The notes beneath the pieces are model-generated. The model was given only the letters and a program-made list of their open reading frames with translations. It did no database searches and was not told the DNA's origin. Positions 1 through 541 of a DNA stretch of 541 nucleotides are shown one piece after another. Position 1 is the stretch's first letter. Each line of letters begins with the position of its first letter. Both the position numbers and the translations under genes were made by a program. Origin of the DNA: a phage; the sequence record EF517040.1; one strand, written 5' to 3'.

Positions 1-1
1 T

Positions 2-292
2 ACTGTGGAGGCAGGACGAGATGAGATGGCTGTAGGCTCTCACGCTAAGGGTTACAACCACAACTCTATCGGCGTCTGCCTTGTTGGTGGTATCGACGAT
101 AAAGGTAAGTTCGACGCTAACTTTACGCCAGCCCAAATGCAATCCCTTCGCTCACTGCTTGTCACACTGCTGGCTAAGTACGAAGGCGCTGTGCTTCGCG
201 CCCATCATGAGGTAGCGCCGAAGGCTTGCCCTTCGTTCGACCTTAAGCGTTGGTGGGAGAAGAACGAACTGGTCACTTCTGACCGTGGATAA
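2..292 (+). CDS. 3.5: T7 lysozyme (gp3.5), N-acetylmuramoyl-L-alanine amidase and T7 RNA polymerase inhibitor; 5'-partial, C-terminal ~96 residues, stop codon included
   Basis: Frame-2 ORF open from the window start to TAA 290-292. The translation TVEAGRDEMAVGSHAKGYNHNSIGVCLVGGIDDKGKFDANFTPAQMQSLRSLLVTLLAKYEGAVLRAHHEVAPKACPSFDLKRWWEKNELVTSDRG matches the C-terminal part of T7 lysozyme as I recall it, including the AHHEVAPKACPSF segment that carries zinc-ligand and catalytic residues of the amidase_2/PGRP fold. The M at position 5 in the ORF track is an internal GTG (Val) of the full protein, not a real start. Confidence 0.95.
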   Translation, partial: TVEAGRDEMAVGSHAKGYNHNSIGVCLVGGIDDKGKFDANFTPAQMQSLRSLLVTLLAKYEGAVLRAHHEVAPKACPSFDLKRWWEKNELVTSDRG

Positions 293-293
293 T

Positions 294-316
294 TAATTGA
301 ACTCACTAAAGGGAGA
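294..316 (+). promoter_or_regulatory. T7 RNA polymerase class II promoter (phi3.8), -17 to +6, predicted transcription start at G311
   Basis: TAATTGAACTCACTAAAGGGAGA aligns without gaps to the T7 consensus TAATACGACTCACTATAGGGAGA, differing at -13, -12, -11 and -2; the CTCACTA core and GGGAGA initiating sequence are conserved. Position immediately after gene 3.5 matches the known phi3.8 location in T7. Confidence 0.9.
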
Positions 317-350
317 CCACAACGGTTTCCCTTTGTTCGCATTGGAGGTC
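311..350 (+). promoter_or_regulatory. Structured 5' leader of the phi3.8 transcript; candidate hairpin, possibly corresponding to the T7 R3.8 RNase III processing site
   Basis: GGGAGA (311-316) can pair with UUUCCC (326-331) as a 6-bp stem with one G:U pair and a 9-nt loop; GACC (315-318) is alternatively complementary to GGUC (347-350). From memory, T7 has an RNase III site (R3.8) about 20-25 nt downstream of the phi3.8 start; exact structure not verified. Confidence 0.35.
344..348 (+). promoter_or_regulatory. Shine-Dalgarno sequence (GGAGG) for gene 3.8
   Basis: GGAGG at 344-348, 7 nt upstream of codon 356-358, which begins the in-frame HNH ORF at the position expected for the gene 3.8 start. 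Confidence 0.7.
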
Positions 351-355
351 AAATA

Positions 356-541
356 ATACGCAAGTCTTATAAACAATTCTATAAGGCTCCGAGGAGGCAT
401 ATCCAAGTGTGGGAGGCAGTCAATGGGCCTATACCAAAAAGTTATTATATAGACCACATTGACGGCAATTCACTCAACGACGCCTTAGACAATCTCCGTC
501 TGGTTCTCCCAAAAGAAAACTCATGGAACATGAAGACTCCA
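356..541 (+). CDS. 3.8: Gene 3.8 protein, HNH-family endonuclease-like (homing endonuclease-like); 3'-partial, and the codon at the expected start is ATA rather than ATG
   Basis: Frame-2 reading from 356 gives (I)RKSYKQFYKAPRRHIQVWEAVNGPIPKSYYIDHIDGNSLNDALDNLRLVLPKENSWNMKTP, open to the window end. It contains a classic HNH signature, DHIDGN-x2-N-x7-N-x3-LPKEN, at 449-520. Offsets from the lysozyme stop and the phi3.8 start agree with T7 gene order (3.5, phi3.8, 3.8). Absent from the ORF track, presumably because it has no stop within the window. Confidence 0.8.
   Translation, partial: MRKSYKQFYKAPRRHIQVWEAVNGPIPKSYYIDHIDGNSLNDALDNLRLVLPKENSWNMKTP

Noticed and set aside
5-7. Start of the ORF-track ORF at GTG (shown as M at position 5)
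   Set aside because: The reading frame is open from the window edge and the translation corresponds to the interior of T7 lysozyme; this GTG encodes an internal valine, so the CDS is 5'-partial rather than starting here.
288-300. AT-rich TAATTAATTGA as a host sigma70 -10 element or a second stop cluster
   Set aside because: It is fully explained as the stop codon plus the -17 to -11 part of the T7 RNA polymerase promoter; there is no appropriately spaced -35 element.
293-340. Rho-independent terminator after gene 3.5
   Set aside because: No GC-rich hairpin followed by a U tract; the only stem candidates are short and lie at the promoter +1 region, consistent with a leader or processing structure rather than a terminator.
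434-441. A-rich runs (CCAAAAAG at 434-441, CCCAAAAGAAAAC at 508-520) as programmed frameshift slippery sites
   Set aside because: No downstream stimulatory structure and no alternative-frame ORF of meaningful length; the runs simply encode Pro-Lys and Pro-Lys-Glu-Asn in the HNH ORF.
1-541. Minus-strand genes, CRISPR repeats, tRNA or insertion-sequence features
   Set aside because: No minus-strand ORF in the six-frame track and no direct repeats, terminal inverted repeats or tRNA-like structure; the whole window is accounted for by two + strand genes and their intergenic signals.
1-541. Origin from a pLysS/pLysE-type lysozyme expression plasmid rather than a phage genome
   Set aside because: Those plasmids carry a T7 fragment with gene 3.5 and phi3.8, but by my recollection the fragment ends shortly after the gene 3.8 start; here the gene 3.8 ORF continues in frame through the HNH motif to the window end with no vector junction, favouring a phage genome context. 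This is uncertain without alignment.

Overview
This 541-bp window is, by direct recognition of the encoded proteins and promoter, bacteriophage T7 (or a very close T7-group relative) DNA spanning the end of gene 3.5 through the start of gene 3.8, all on the + strand in one reading frame. It contains: (1) the 3' ~60% of gene 3.5, T7 lysozyme (N-acetylmuramoyl-L-alanine amidase and T7 RNA polymerase inhibitor), ending at TAA 290-292; (2) a phage T7 RNA polymerase class II promoter (phi3.8) starting 2 nt after that stop, with predicted +1 at G311; (3) a structured leader with a GGAGG Shine-Dalgarno; and (4) the 5' part of gene 3.8, a small HNH-family endonuclease-like protein, running off the window end. 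No minus-strand coding is supported. The most notable observation is that the codon at the expected gene 3.8 initiation position (356-358, 7 nt after GGAGG) reads ATA rather than ATG, so the HNH ORF lacks a canonical start at its SD-defined site. Assignments rest on sequence reading and recalled knowledge of T7; no database search or alignment was run.
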